NCBI GenBank assembly: GCA_963705255.1
Contig: OY970061.1
Span: 1,120,001-1,184,000, forward strand
Direction: 5' to 3'
Origin: an uncultured Methanoregulaceae archaeon
GTDB lineage: Archaea; Halobacteriota; Methanomicrobia; Methanomicrobiales; Methanospirillaceae
Length of the DNA: 64,000 nt
A program made the translations under genes and the position numbers. Positions 18,305 through 27,625 of this stretch are shown piece after piece. The notes below the pieces were generated by a model that worked only from the letters and a program-made list of their open reading frames with translations, did no database searches and was not told the origin of the DNA. Numbering within the stretch: the first letter of the stretch is position 1; each line of letters starts with the position of its first letter.

Positions 18305-20026
18305 TTATTTAGGCTTTTGCCTGCGCCGCCGGCCCGTGATCATCACCGATACCGTCCCGGCGATCCCGAGTGCGATAAGCGGGAGATCAGGAGAGAGAGG
18401 AGATGGCGTGGAGGGCTCGCCTACGTTAATGTAACTCGTCAATACCGAGGGAACGCTCCCTTCTGTGTATTTCACCGTGAACGTGACCGTGTACGTCCCC
18501 GGAATGGTGTAGGTATATGAGGGGTTCTGACTCGTGCTCGTGCCCCCGTCACCAAAGTCCCATGCGAAGGATTCAGGCGATCCCGGGGCCGTCTGGGTGA
18601 ACTGAACCGTGAGCGGGGCAGCGCCCGAGATCGGTGTCCCCGCAAAGGAGACCGTAGGCAGTGTGGGCCGGGGTGCTGCAGTCACAACCGGCGCAAACGT
18701 TGCTGCTGCGACCGGGGCACTCACGGTGATCGTATCCTGCTGGACTGAGGTACTGGTGCCTGCGGCGTTCATCACGGTCAGGGTCACGACATAACTGCCG
18801 GGATTTGTGTACGTGTGGGACGGGTTCTCAACGGTTCCGGTCGTACCGTCGCCGAAGTCCCAGGTCCACGATGTTGGTGCATTCGTTGAGGTGTCGGTGA
18901 ACTGGAGGTTGAACGGTGCAGTGCCTGAGGTGGATGATACCGTATAAGAGGCGACCGGCGCCGCAACCCCGACCACGATATACCCCGTCTCGGTTGTTGC
19001 GTTGGTACCAAGCGAGTTCGTTTCCGTCAGCGTCACGGAGTACGTCCCGTTGTTCTCGTAGGTATTGGTGGGATTTTCCAGAGTGCTGGTACCGCCATCC
19101 CCGAAGCTCCAGCTCCATGATGCCGGTGACCCGGTCGACTCGTCCGTGAACGTCACCTCGAGGGGTGCAGCCCCGGATGTCGGTGAGGCGGAAAAGATCG
19201 GTACCGGGATGGTCGTTGCTGCAGAACTCACCGTGATATAGCCCGTCTGCGTATCCATCGCGCTGCTCCCCGCTGAGTTGGAAGCGGTCAGGGAGACGGA
19301 ATACACTCCCGGCGTGGTGTAGGTATACGAGGGGTTCTGGCTCGTGCTCGTGCCCCCGTCACCGAAACTCCAGCTCCATGTGGTCGGGGAGTTGGTAGAG
19401 GCATCGGTGAACTGGACCGCCAAAGGCGCCGTGCCCGATACCGGAGTAGCGCTGAACCCTGCTACGGGAACCTGCGGCTGTGTAGTGGTTGCCATTGTAG
19501 TCACAGCGGTGGTTGCCGTCGCAGCGCTCACCGTGACATAGCCCGTCATGGTATCAACCGCGCTGCTCCCCGCCGAGTTGGAAGCGGTCAGGCTGACGGT
19601 ATACGTTCCCGGCGTGGTGTAGGTATACGAGGGGTTCTGGCTCGTGCTCGTCCCCCCGTCACCGAAACTCCAGCTCCATGTTGTCGGGGAGTTGGAAGAG
19701 GCATCGGTGAACTGGACCGCCAGAGGCGCCGTGCCCGATACCGGAGTAGCGCTGAACCCTGCGACAGGGAGAATCGCGGCAGTCGTAGTTACGGTGGTAG
19801 GTACCGTTGTCGCTATGGTGGTCGGTACCGTTGTCACTATGGTAGTCGGTATGGTAGTCGGTATGGTAGTCGGTATGGTAGTCGGTATGGTAGTCGGTAC
19901 CGTTGTCGTTACCGTCGTCGGTACGGTTGTTGTCGTGTTACTATCATCTGCCGCGACAGGAGAGGAGAGAAGGATGAGAAGAACGATTGTCGAACATAAC
20001 AACAGGAAAAAAAAGGATCGGGACAT
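18305..20026 (-). CDS. Thr-rich cell-surface protein with five PKD domains and a C-terminal TM anchor
   Basis: Signal peptide, TTIP repeats, five F.A.P.SG.APL.V.FT...W.W.FGDG units, tail SPLSPDLPLIALGIAG...GRRRR. Confidence 0.9.
   Translation of the reverse strand: MSRSFFFLLLCSTIVLLILLSSPVAADDSNTTTTVPTTVTTTVPTTIPTTIPTTIPTTIPTTIVTTVPTTIATTVPTTVTTTAAILPVAGFSATPVSGTAPLAVQFTDASSNSPTTWSWSFGDGGTSTSQNPSYTYTTPGTYTVSLTASNSAGSSAVDTMTGYVTVSAATATTAVTTMATTTQPQVPVAGFSATPVSGTAPLAVQFTDASTNSPTTWSWSFGDGGTSTSQNPSYTYTTPGVYSVSLTASNSAGSSAMDTQTGYITVSSAATTIPVPIFSASPTSGAAPLEVTFTDESTGSPASWSWSFGDGGTSTLENPTNTYENNGTYSVTLTETNSLGTNATTETGYIVVGVAAPVASYTVSSTSGTAPFNLQFTDTSTNAPTSWTWDFGDGTTGTVENPSHTYTNPGSYVVTLTVMNAAGTSTSVQQDTITVSAPVAAATFAPVVTAAPRPTLPTVSFAGTPISGAAPLTVQFTQTAPGSPESFAWDFGDGGTSTSQNPSYTYTIPGTYTVTFTVKYTEGSVPSVLTSYINVGEPSTPSPLSPDLPLIALGIAGTVSVMITGRRRRQKPK
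19259..19762. repeat. Near-identical internal duplication of a PKD-coding unit, 300-bp period
   Basis: About 19259-19462 matches about 19559-19762 at high nucleotide identity. Confidence 0.85.
19839..19898. repeat. Five perfect 12-bp tandem repeats (ATGGTAGTCGGT), encoding TTIP on the minus strand
   Basis: Read directly from the sequence. Confidence 0.9.
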
Positions 20027-20042
20027 GGGTCACCGTACCAGG

Positions 20043-20519
20043 TTATTGGCCGGATGCCGGTGTCGCCATGGCAGGGGAACGGTTGCCCCGGTAACCACCG
20101 GCTGGGAAGCCAAACGCGGCCATGAGCTGCTGCTGGGTAACTCCGAGCTGCTGTGCAGCAGCGGCGAGGTTCGGGCGCCCGTTCGTTGTGTTCACGGTGC
20201 TGTTCAGGGCATTCTGGAGATCTGATTCGGACACCCCCAGGGTGGCGGCAGTCGCTGCCAGCCGGGTCTGATTCGTAAGTAAACCCTGCATGCGGGACTG
20301 CTGGCTCCCGCCGGCACTGCCGGAGTTCCCGGCGTAACCGCCGCTTTGGGATCCGGCGTTACCCGATGGAGGGGTGTTTCCCGCGCCGGAGGTCGTATAT
20401 TGCTGGCCGTTTGCCGGGGAACCTGAACTGCTGCCGGTGTCCTGCGTGCATCCCGCGGTAATGATCGCGGCAACGAATATGGCCGCTGCGAGAACTGCAA
20501 TGATACTGATCTTTTCCAT
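20043..20519 (-). CDS. Hypothetical lipoprotein, Gly/Ser/Gln-rich
   Basis: MEKISIIAVL...TAGC lipobox; two AA..LGV....L..A helical repeats. Confidence 0.7.
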   Translation of the reverse strand: MEKISIIAVLAAAIFVAAIITAGCTQDTGSSSGSPANGQQYTTSGAGNTPPSGNAGSQSGGYAGNSGSAGGSQQSRMQGLLTNQTRLAATAATLGVSESDLQNALNSTVNTTNGRPNLAAAAQQLGVTQQQLMAAFGFPAGGYRGNRSPAMATPASGQ

Positions 20520-20860
20520 GATTGGTACCTCATATTGGCATCTTTTGAAGAGATTCGATGAGGGGGATAAACTCCCGCATCTTGTAAAGTTTATTTGACA
20601 TTTTGTAATATAAACCTTATAGTTTATCAAATTTTGCTTACAGGAACGGGGATAGCCTGAGAAGGATGTTTCCGGCTCTATGATGCCTCAACGGTATAGC
20701 CGGCAGCTCGGGAAGTTATTTCAGAGGTGAATATCTTTCGTAGTATCCATCGCAGCACCGTTCACCATCCTTCATCGATCGAAAAGAAGAGGGTGATGCA
20801 CGAAAAAATACCGGGGAAAGGCATAACCCGGTATATGAAAATAGTCTGGCTATGCCAGGA

Positions 20861-21049
20861 TCAGACGGGCCGGAACCGTTTCACCACGATATCGTCGCCC
20901 TTTTTCGTGATCTCGACCTTGATCTTGGTGTCCTTGTAGCGTATCTCGTGGACTCCGAACTTCCGTGCACTGACGATCCGTTGCAGGGCGAGCATGTCCG
21001 TCCGCAGCATCCTCTTGAAATCGTCCCCGTCATAGATGACTTTTCCCAT
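20861..21049 (-). CDS. Small hypothetical protein (62 aa)
   Basis: Host-like codon usage; GGAG upstream of the ATG. Confidence 0.6.
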   Translation of the reverse strand: MGKVIYDGDDFKRMLRTDMLALQRIVSARKFGVHEIRYKDTKIKVEITKKGDDIVVKRFRPV

Positions 21050-21223
21050 GATCTGCTCCTGCTTACGTACTATGAGTGAACGTTGTCAGGAGCGCTTATC
21101 AATCTTGCGCGATGCCTGTTCTGGCCGTTCGGTACAAGCCGTATTACGAATATCCCTTGATTTTGGCGTTTTTTAGGGGAAGCATTAAATATCGTATCCC
21201 TGCATAACCCTATAGGAAGAGTT

Positions 21224-21598
21224 ATGAGCAGGGAGAAGATCAAGGTCCCCGGAAAAGTATATGAAGAGTTAGTCGCTCTCCAGCGAGAGATCCATTTCAC
21301 GCTCGATCACCAGGACACGGTCAAGAAGGCAGAAGACCGAGGGTACATGAACGCCGCCAACTGGATCCGGCAGAACGAAAAGGCCTATAAGGTAGGATTT
21401 TCGTGGGGTTTCGAGCCCATGAACGATGAACCGCAGGGCACCCTCCGCGATATCCCGGCACGGGAAGCTCCTCCGGTACGCCGGACGATCTCCCACGCAC
21501 AGACCATGCAGCCGAGGACGGCGAAGAAGTCATCCGGTTCAGGGAGTTCCGGCGGAATTTTGGCCGGTTTCCGGGACTGGCTGGGCAGATATTTCTGA
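21224..21598 (+). CDS. Hypothetical protein
   Basis: Clean ORF with upstream TATA-like ATTAAATA and downstream T-run. Confidence 0.65.
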   Translation: MSREKIKVPGKVYEELVALQREIHFTLDHQDTVKKAEDRGYMNAANWIRQNEKAYKVGFSWGFEPMNDEPQGTLRDIPAREAPPVRRTISHAQTMQPRTAKKSSGSGSSGGILAGFRDWLGRYF

Positions 21599-21733
21599 TC
21601 TCCTTTTTTCCGGTACCGGGCTGCTTTCACCCACACCGGTAAGCTGATCGACCGACAGTTGCCTGTTTTACCGATTCGTTCGTTTTCGCGGGAACCAAAA
21701 CCATCATTCACTCAGACGAACAGAGAGAATTGT

Positions 21734-21874
21734 ATGCCTACCTGCGTAGATTGCGTAAGTTATACTCCCACGTCAAAGGACCGGGGTGAGTGCCGCATCA
21801 ATGGCGGGACCACGCCGGACCGTGAGAGCGAGCGGTGCCCTTCACGCACGTTTATTCCAAAGCCCGGATCATAA
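21734..21874 (+). CDS. Small four-cysteine protein resembling BssC/HpdC-type Fe-S small subunits
   Basis: MPTCVDCVSYTP...GECRING......CPSRTFIPK; CxxC-x12-C-x14-C. Confidence 0.55.
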   Translation: MPTCVDCVSYTPTSKDRGECRINGGTTPDRESERCPSRTFIPKPGS

Positions 21875-21892
21875 TTGATCAGGAAAGTTACC

Positions 21893-22240
21893 ATGCCACG
21901 GGAACTCGACGAACGGGATATCGCCATCTTAAAAAAACTCGCGCCGGAATGCGGCGACCTGACCTGCTCCGGCTCCGGCCACCTGTTCCATTCCATCCTG
22001 CCTCCGGTCTCCAACCATTTTTCCGAAGACAGCGAGGATTTCATCCGGAGGATCGGCAGGCTCAGCGATGATGAGCTGACCTATATCTCGGATATGATCC
22101 AGAAAGGCGAAGAGAGCATGGGCTGCCTTCCCGTGGAGGACGTGGAAGCACTCGTGCACCTGGTCCACGACCGGCTCTCCCCGGAAGTGGCGAAGAAGAT
22201 CATCTCTGCCTATGAATCCGGATATGAATGTGAACAATGA
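21893..22240 (+). CDS. Hypothetical protein
   Basis: MPRELDERDIAILKKLAPEC...FHSILPPVSNHFS; operon-like spacing. Confidence 0.7.
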   Translation: MPRELDERDIAILKKLAPECGDLTCSGSGHLFHSILPPVSNHFSEDSEDFIRRIGRLSDDELTYISDMIQKGEESMGCLPVEDVEALVHLVHDRLSPEVAKKIISAYESGYECEQ

Positions 22241-22754
22241 GGGAGAAGATCCCGGGACCCCGTTTTTCATGGACGATAATACACCCCTCATCGCCGGATT
22301 GCGTGCAGGTCCGTTAAAAAAACGCCTGGCAGCGGCAACCGGTCTGGGAAAGTCCGGCGACCTCTCCGCCATCCCCCTGCTGGCCGCTGCGCTTGCCGAT
22401 CCCCACCCGTCAGTCCGTTTTGAGATCGCACAGGCGCTTGGGAGGCTCGGGGACTCTTCCGGTGTCGCTGCTCTTATCAGCGCCCTTGGGGATACCGAAC
22501 CGGAAGTCCGTGCAGCCGCCATTGCCGCGCTTGGCCGGATAAAGGACCCGGCCGCTGTCACAGCCCTGATCGGGTGCCTGCAGGACAGGGAGACGGAAGT
22601 CAGGATCGGTGCGGCGGTCGTGCTCGGGAAGCTGGGGGACACACGGGCGATCTGGCGGCTGAAAAAATGTGAGACCGATCGTTCCTCCGATGTGCGGGAA
22701 GCGGCGGCGGAAGCCGTTGTCCGCATTGAGCGGATGCGCAGGACACGGCGGTAA
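22212..22754 (+). CDS. HEAT-repeat (PBS lyase-like) protein
   Basis: Repeated L..AL.D....VR..AA.ALG.IGD units; start uncertain. Confidence 0.85.
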   Translation: MNPDMNVNNEGEDPGTPFFMDDNTPLIAGLRAGPLKKRLAAATGLGKSGDLSAIPLLAAALADPHPSVRFEIAQALGRLGDSSGVAALISALGDTEPEVRAAAIAALGRIKDPAAVTALIGCLQDRETEVRIGAAVVLGKLGDTRAIWRLKKCETDRSSDVREAAAEAVVRIERMRRTRR

Positions 22755-22899
22755 CCGCGTACGAGATCCCATGAGAGACTCCCATTTTCCCACACTATTT
22801 TATCCTCACCGGGCGACACCCCAGCGATAACCAACAGCGAGGGTTACGAAGGGTTAAGAACCGCTCCGTCATGGACATGCTGATCTCTTTTTTTCTCTC

Positions 22900-23271
22900 G
22901 TGCCGATGATCCTGTATACAATCGTGGCGATCCTGCTCACGATCATCGCCGTCTTCTCTGTCTGGGACGCACTCCAGCTGATCGCCCAGATGATCCTGTC
23001 CCGGGATTTCGCGAACGGGCTTGTCAATGTCATCTACGCACTCCTCCTCACCATCACGATCATCGTGCTGTTCGAGACGGTCACCGTCTATTTCAGGACC
23101 AAGCATGTCGAGGTGCGGGCCCTGCTCATCGCGGGGCTCACGGGCATGGTCCGGCATATCCTCATCTATAATGTTGCGTCCGTCGACCCCATGGTGCTCT
23201 TCGGGACCGTTGCCCTGCTCGCCGTCCTCATCGCCGGCATCGTGCTCGTCAGGCCGGAGCCGCTGGGATAA
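22900..23271 (+). CDS. PsiE-family membrane protein
   Basis: Four TM segments; LFETVTVYFR...LLIAGLTGMVRHIL; start uncertain. Confidence 0.72.
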   Translation: MPMILYTIVAILLTIIAVFSVWDALQLIAQMILSRDFANGLVNVIYALLLTITIIVLFETVTVYFRTKHVEVRALLIAGLTGMVRHILIYNVASVDPMVLFGTVALLAVLIAGIVLVRPEPLG

Positions 23272-23369
23272 CATTTTTCCGGCTCCGCCATCCCTGAATC
23301 CAGGCCCGGTAACCCGGCATGAGGGTTTTTATGGACACCCGTCGCATCTCTGGTTGAAAGCGTGAAACC

Positions 23370-24278
23370 GTGCCCGATATCATCGAAGCCCTTGACCTGA
23401 AAAAGACCTACGGGAGCGTCGTTGCAGTCGATGGCATCCGCTTCGCCGTGAAACGCGGGGAGATCTTCGGGTTCCTTGGCCCGAATGGTGCCGGGAAGAC
23501 CACCACCATGAAGATGATCACCTGCGTCTCGCCCCGGACTTCCGGTACCCTCCGGGTACTGGGCATAGACCCGGATGAGTCTCCTGCGGCAATCAAGCAG
23601 CGGCTCGGTGTCGTCCCGCAGGAGACCAACCTTGACCCGGATTTCACTTGTTTTTTGAACCTCTTTTACTACTCCCGGTACTTCGATATCCCTTCCGATG
23701 AGGCGAAAAAGAGAGCCGATGAACTTCTGGAATTTGTCCAGCTGAAAGAGAAGCGGGATGTTTCCATCGAGAAGCTGTCCGGCGGGATGAAACGGCGGCT
23801 GATCCTTGCCCGGGCGCTGGTCAACAACCCGGACCTGCTCATCCTTGACGAGCCCACCATCGGCCTCGACCCGCAGGCACGCCACCTGATCTGGGAGAAG
23901 CTCAAGAACCTGCAGGCGCAGGGAAACACCATCGTCCTCACCACCCACTACCTCGACGAGGCTGCCCGCCTCTGCGACCGGCTGGTGATCATGGACAACG
24001 GGAAGATCCTGGTCGAAGGGGCGCCCGCTGACCTTGTCGAGCAGCACGTGGGCCACGAGATCGTCGAGGTGCAGAAGAGTGCCGATGTGATCGCGTGTCT
24101 CGCCGGGATGAAGGTCCCGTATGAAGAGATCGGCGACACCCTGCAGATTGCGACCGGATCCTCCCGGGACGTGGCCCGCGCCCTGCTCGAGCGGTGCAGC
24201 CCGGAAAAAGTTACCACACGCCCCGCTACCCTTGAAGATGTATTTCTGAAACTGACCGGGAGGACACTCCGGGAGTAA
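23370..24278 (+). CDS. ABC-2 exporter ATP-binding subunit (NodI/DrrA-like)
   Basis: GPNGAGKTT, LSGGMKRR, LILDEPT, TTHYL, TLEDVFL. Confidence 0.93.
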   Translation: MPDIIEALDLKKTYGSVVAVDGIRFAVKRGEIFGFLGPNGAGKTTTMKMITCVSPRTSGTLRVLGIDPDESPAAIKQRLGVVPQETNLDPDFTCFLNLFYYSRYFDIPSDEAKKRADELLEFVQLKEKRDVSIEKLSGGMKRRLILARALVNNPDLLILDEPTIGLDPQARHLIWEKLKNLQAQGNTIVLTTHYLDEAARLCDRLVIMDNGKILVEGAPADLVEQHVGHEIVEVQKSADVIACLAGMKVPYEEIGDTLQIATGSSRDVARALLERCSPEKVTTRPATLEDVFLKLTGRTLRE

Positions 24279-24280
24279 CC

Positions 24281-25066
24281 ATGAAGTCCCTGTTCTCGTT
24301 TCCCCGGATCACCAGGCGTGCCTGGAAGGTCTGGTACCGGAACATGGTGGTCTTTGTCAGGACATGGCAGGTAAACTTCTTCCCGCCGCTCGTAGAGGCA
24401 CTCCTCTACCTCTTCGCCATCGGCCTTGGAATCGGGTCCTACGTGCACGATATCAACGGCATCCCGTACGTGAACTTCATCGCACCGGCCATCCTTGCCA
24501 TCGCCGTCATGAACTCTGCCTTCTTCGAGTGCACGTACGGCTCGTACGTGCGGATGTACTACCAGAAAAGTTTCGATGCCATGATCGCGACACCCCTCTC
24601 GATCGAAGACGTCATCGCAGGCGAGCTGCTCTGGGGGGCGACCCGGAGTGTCATCTACGTGGTCATCATGCTCCCCGTTCTCGCGGCATTCGGCGTGGTC
24701 TCGCTCCCGCTGGCGCTCCTTGCGATCCCGTTCGGGTTCCTCGGCGGCCTGATGTTTGCCGGCATCGCGATGTGCTTTACCGCGGTCAGCCCGGGGATCG
24801 ACACCCTGAACTACCCCTCATTCCTCTTCATCACGCCGATGGCTCTCTTCTCGGGCACCTTCTTCCCGCTCACGCTCATGCCCATCCTCCTCCAGTATAT
24901 CGCCCTCGCCCTGCTCCCGCTCACCCATCTCGTCGCGATCATGCGGATGCTTACGCTGCCGGCGCTGACCTGGACGATCCTGTTCGACTGCGCATGGATT
25001 GCCGTGGTGACTGCATTTTTCTGCATCCTCTCTATCAACCTGATGAGAAGAAGGCTGATTGTCTGA
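24281..25066 (+). CDS. ABC-2 exporter permease (NodJ-like)
   Basis: YVNFIAP, FFECTYGSYVRM, PMALFSGTFFP, PLTH; six TM. Confidence 0.92.
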   Translation: MKSLFSFPRITRRAWKVWYRNMVVFVRTWQVNFFPPLVEALLYLFAIGLGIGSYVHDINGIPYVNFIAPAILAIAVMNSAFFECTYGSYVRMYYQKSFDAMIATPLSIEDVIAGELLWGATRSVIYVVIMLPVLAAFGVVSLPLALLAIPFGFLGGLMFAGIAMCFTAVSPGIDTLNYPSFLFITPMALFSGTFFPLTLMPILLQYIALALLPLTHLVAIMRMLTLPALTWTILFDCAWIAVVTAFFCILSINLMRRRLIV

Positions 25067-25134
25067 TCACGATCCGGCCCGCAGGGACGTTCCTGGTTCG
25101 GCTGCACCATGCCCGGGCCGGTACCGGAAGTACA

Positions 25135-25688
25135 TCACTCCCGCCGGGTTAAACGCAGCACGAACAGCTCCTCGCCCTCAACGGTCTCCTCTGCCACGCG
25201 ATCAGAGAAGAACCCGTGGCCGGCGAATAATTCCTGTACATCACCGGGCCCGGTGAGCGACGAGACCAGCAGCAGGACCCGCCCTCCCGGGGCAAGGACC
25301 CGCCCGACTTCTGCTGCGAACCGCTCGATCACAACACGCCCGCTCTCACCGCCATCGAGAGCATATTCGAGCCAGTCGTCGATCCGTTCTTCCGGCTGCG
25401 TGGGAAGGTAGGGCGGGTTGAAGATCACGAGGTCGAACATACCCCGGACCCGGAAAAAAGGTCGGTCCTGACAACCTCGACCCCGCGACCACGGGCGCAC
25501 CTCACGGCATGCGGGTTGATATCGGTTGCCACCACCCCGGTAATGCGTGCAAGCTCCGATGCGATGAAGCCGGAACCGGTGCCGATCTCCAGCACCCGGT
25601 CACCTGGCTTCACTTCAGCCTGCGCTGCCCTGAGCAGCAGGAAGGTATCGGCTTCAGGCTGGTACACCTGATCCGGGTCGTAGGACAT
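25135..25688 (-). CDS. HemK2/MTQ2-family protein methyltransferase; 1-nt frameshift near 25450
   Basis: VYQPEADTFLL, VLEIGTGSG, ATDINP in one frame; FDLVIFNPPYLP, ALDGG..GR, LLVSSL in the next. Confidence 0.88.
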
Positions 25689-25831
25689 GGATGAAAAACG
25701 GTTGGACGGGGCGGGGGAAAAGGAATTGCCTGCCCGGCAGGAATAAACCTGCCGGCAGTTTATTTGCCGAAAACGGGCATTTTCAGTACTTCCGAAAGTA
25801 ACTTTTATTGTCCGTAATACAAAGGCGTACT

Positions 25832-26026
25832 ATGGAAATAACTGATGATCAATTATTAGAAGTTATAAAAAATGCGCCGTTAGTATCGATCGACATCATT
25901 GTAAAAAATAAGGATGGGAAGATTTTACTTGGCTTCAGAAATAATGAACCTGCTAAAAATACTTGGTTTATCCCAGGGGGGCGTAAAGTTCATATACTAA
26001 TCTTCCAGAGGGAAGTTGTCAATTAG
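25832..26026 (+). pseudogene. Truncated GDP-mannose mannosyl hydrolase-like Nudix fragment
   Basis: PLVSIDIIV.N..GKILLGFRNNEPAKNTWFIPGGR, broken exactly where the Nudix box should begin; AT-rich. Confidence 0.68.
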
Positions 26027-26034
26027 AGGGCATA

Positions 26035-27480
26035 ATGAACAAAGGATTAAAATTAACGTATATCAGCCTTGCCGCTGTCATGTTCATTGTCATTGGCATT
26101 ATTGTTGCCGGTTGCATCTCAACAAATCAAGGAAATCCTACCCCCAACACACTAACCCCGGCAGAAGTCCGTGCCATCGCCAAAGAAGCATATATATACG
26201 GCTTCCCGATGGTGGACAGCTACCGCATCGAGTACTCCTATTTCGTGAATACCACAGACCCCACCCATCAGGCGCCGTGGAACCAGATCAGAAACCTGGC
26301 CCGCGTTTACACGCCGAATGACACGACTGTCCAGACTCCAAACTCGGATACACCTTACTCAATGCTTGGCATGGATTTGCGTACCGAACCCATCGTGCTC
26401 ACCGTGCCTCCGATGGATGATGGGCGTTATTTCAGCGTCCAGCTCATCGATGCCTACACCTTCAACTTTGCATATATCGGGAGCCGCACCACCGGCAATG
26501 ACGGCGGCAGCTTCATGATTGCCGGGCCAAACTGGCAAGGCCCGATTCCTCTAGGGGTGAAGCAGGTGATCCGCTCGGAGACCAATCTGGTACTCGCCGT
26601 CTACCGCACACAGCTCTATAACGCGAGCGATATTGATAATGTGAAGAAGATCCAAGCCGGTTATAAAGTACAGCCACTCTCGACGTTCCTCGGCTACCCG
26701 GCACCCACTGCTGCGCCGGCGATTAATTTTATCCAGCCGCTCACGCGCGATGCAGAGAAAACCGATCCAGAGTTTTTCAACGAGCTGAACTTTGTCCTGC
26801 AGTTCTGCCAGCCGACAAACCCGTCCGAGAAAGACCTTATGGCGAATTTCTCCAGAATCGGCGTCGGTGCTGGGAAGAACTTTGACTTTAACAACCTCTC
26901 GCCGGAAATGCAGACAGCTATCACGCAGGGAATGGCCGACGCTTGGGTCGAATTTGATCATTTTAAAACGACCGAGATCGATACGGGGAATCTTACTGCG
27001 GGCGACTTTTTTGGCACGCGGGAGTATCTGAATGGTAATTACCTCTACCGCATGGCCGGCGCTGTGCTCGGGATCTATGGGAATTCGAAAGAGGAAGCGT
27101 TGTATCCACTCTATAGTGTTGACTCTGACGGGCAGGCACTAACTGGGGTCAACAATTACACCCTCCGATTTGCGCCGGGTCAACTGCCGCCTGCCAACGC
27201 ATTCTGGTCGCTGACAATGTATGAGCTGCCGCAGAGCCTGCTGGTGGCTAATCCCATCAACCGCTACCTGATCAACTCGCCGATGTTGCCGCAGTTGAAA
27301 ACCGACGCCGACGGCGGGATCACGCTGTATATCCAGCACGAATCCCCCGGCGCGGACTTGGAATCGAACTGGCTGCCCGCCCCGAATGGGCCGTTCGTTA
27401 TGTCCATGCGCCTTTACTGGCCGAAACAAGAAGCGCTCAACGGTACGTGGAAACAGCCACCGCTGCAACGGATGTCATAG
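26035..27480 (+). CDS. DUF1254/DUF1214 lipoprotein
   Basis: VAGC lipobox; EAYIYGFP, TPNSDTPYS, RYFSVQLIDAY, PPANAFWSLTMY, SNWLPAP, RLYWP. Confidence 0.9.
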   Translation: MNKGLKLTYISLAAVMFIVIGIIVAGCISTNQGNPTPNTLTPAEVRAIAKEAYIYGFPMVDSYRIEYSYFVNTTDPTHQAPWNQIRNLARVYTPNDTTVQTPNSDTPYSMLGMDLRTEPIVLTVPPMDDGRYFSVQLIDAYTFNFAYIGSRTTGNDGGSFMIAGPNWQGPIPLGVKQVIRSETNLVLAVYRTQLYNASDIDNVKKIQAGYKVQPLSTFLGYPAPTAAPAINFIQPLTRDAEKTDPEFFNELNFVLQFCQPTNPSEKDLMANFSRIGVGAGKNFDFNNLSPEMQTAITQGMADAWVEFDHFKTTEIDTGNLTAGDFFGTREYLNGNYLYRMAGAVLGIYGNSKEEALYPLYSVDSDGQALTGVNNYTLRFAPGQLPPANAFWSLTMYELPQSLLVANPINRYLINSPMLPQLKTDADGGITLYIQHESPGADLESNWLPAPNGPFVMSMRLYWPKQEALNGTWKQPPLQRMS

Positions 27481-27625
27481 GAGAAAAGAAAAATCGGCTC
27501 TGGAGAAACCCTACGTTCTCTAAAAGAAAAATAGTACCAGAAAGATCTAAGGTACGGCGTCTCCTGACCTCGTGGTGAGGGACACGTAAAATTGTGGATA
27601 TAATCGTTCCCCACCCTTCACCGCC

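Noticed and set aside
19839-19898. Regular short repeats as a possible CRISPR array
   Set aside because: Contiguous 12-bp units without spacers, in frame within a Thr/Pro linker; no cas genes or repeat-spacer array seen in the window.
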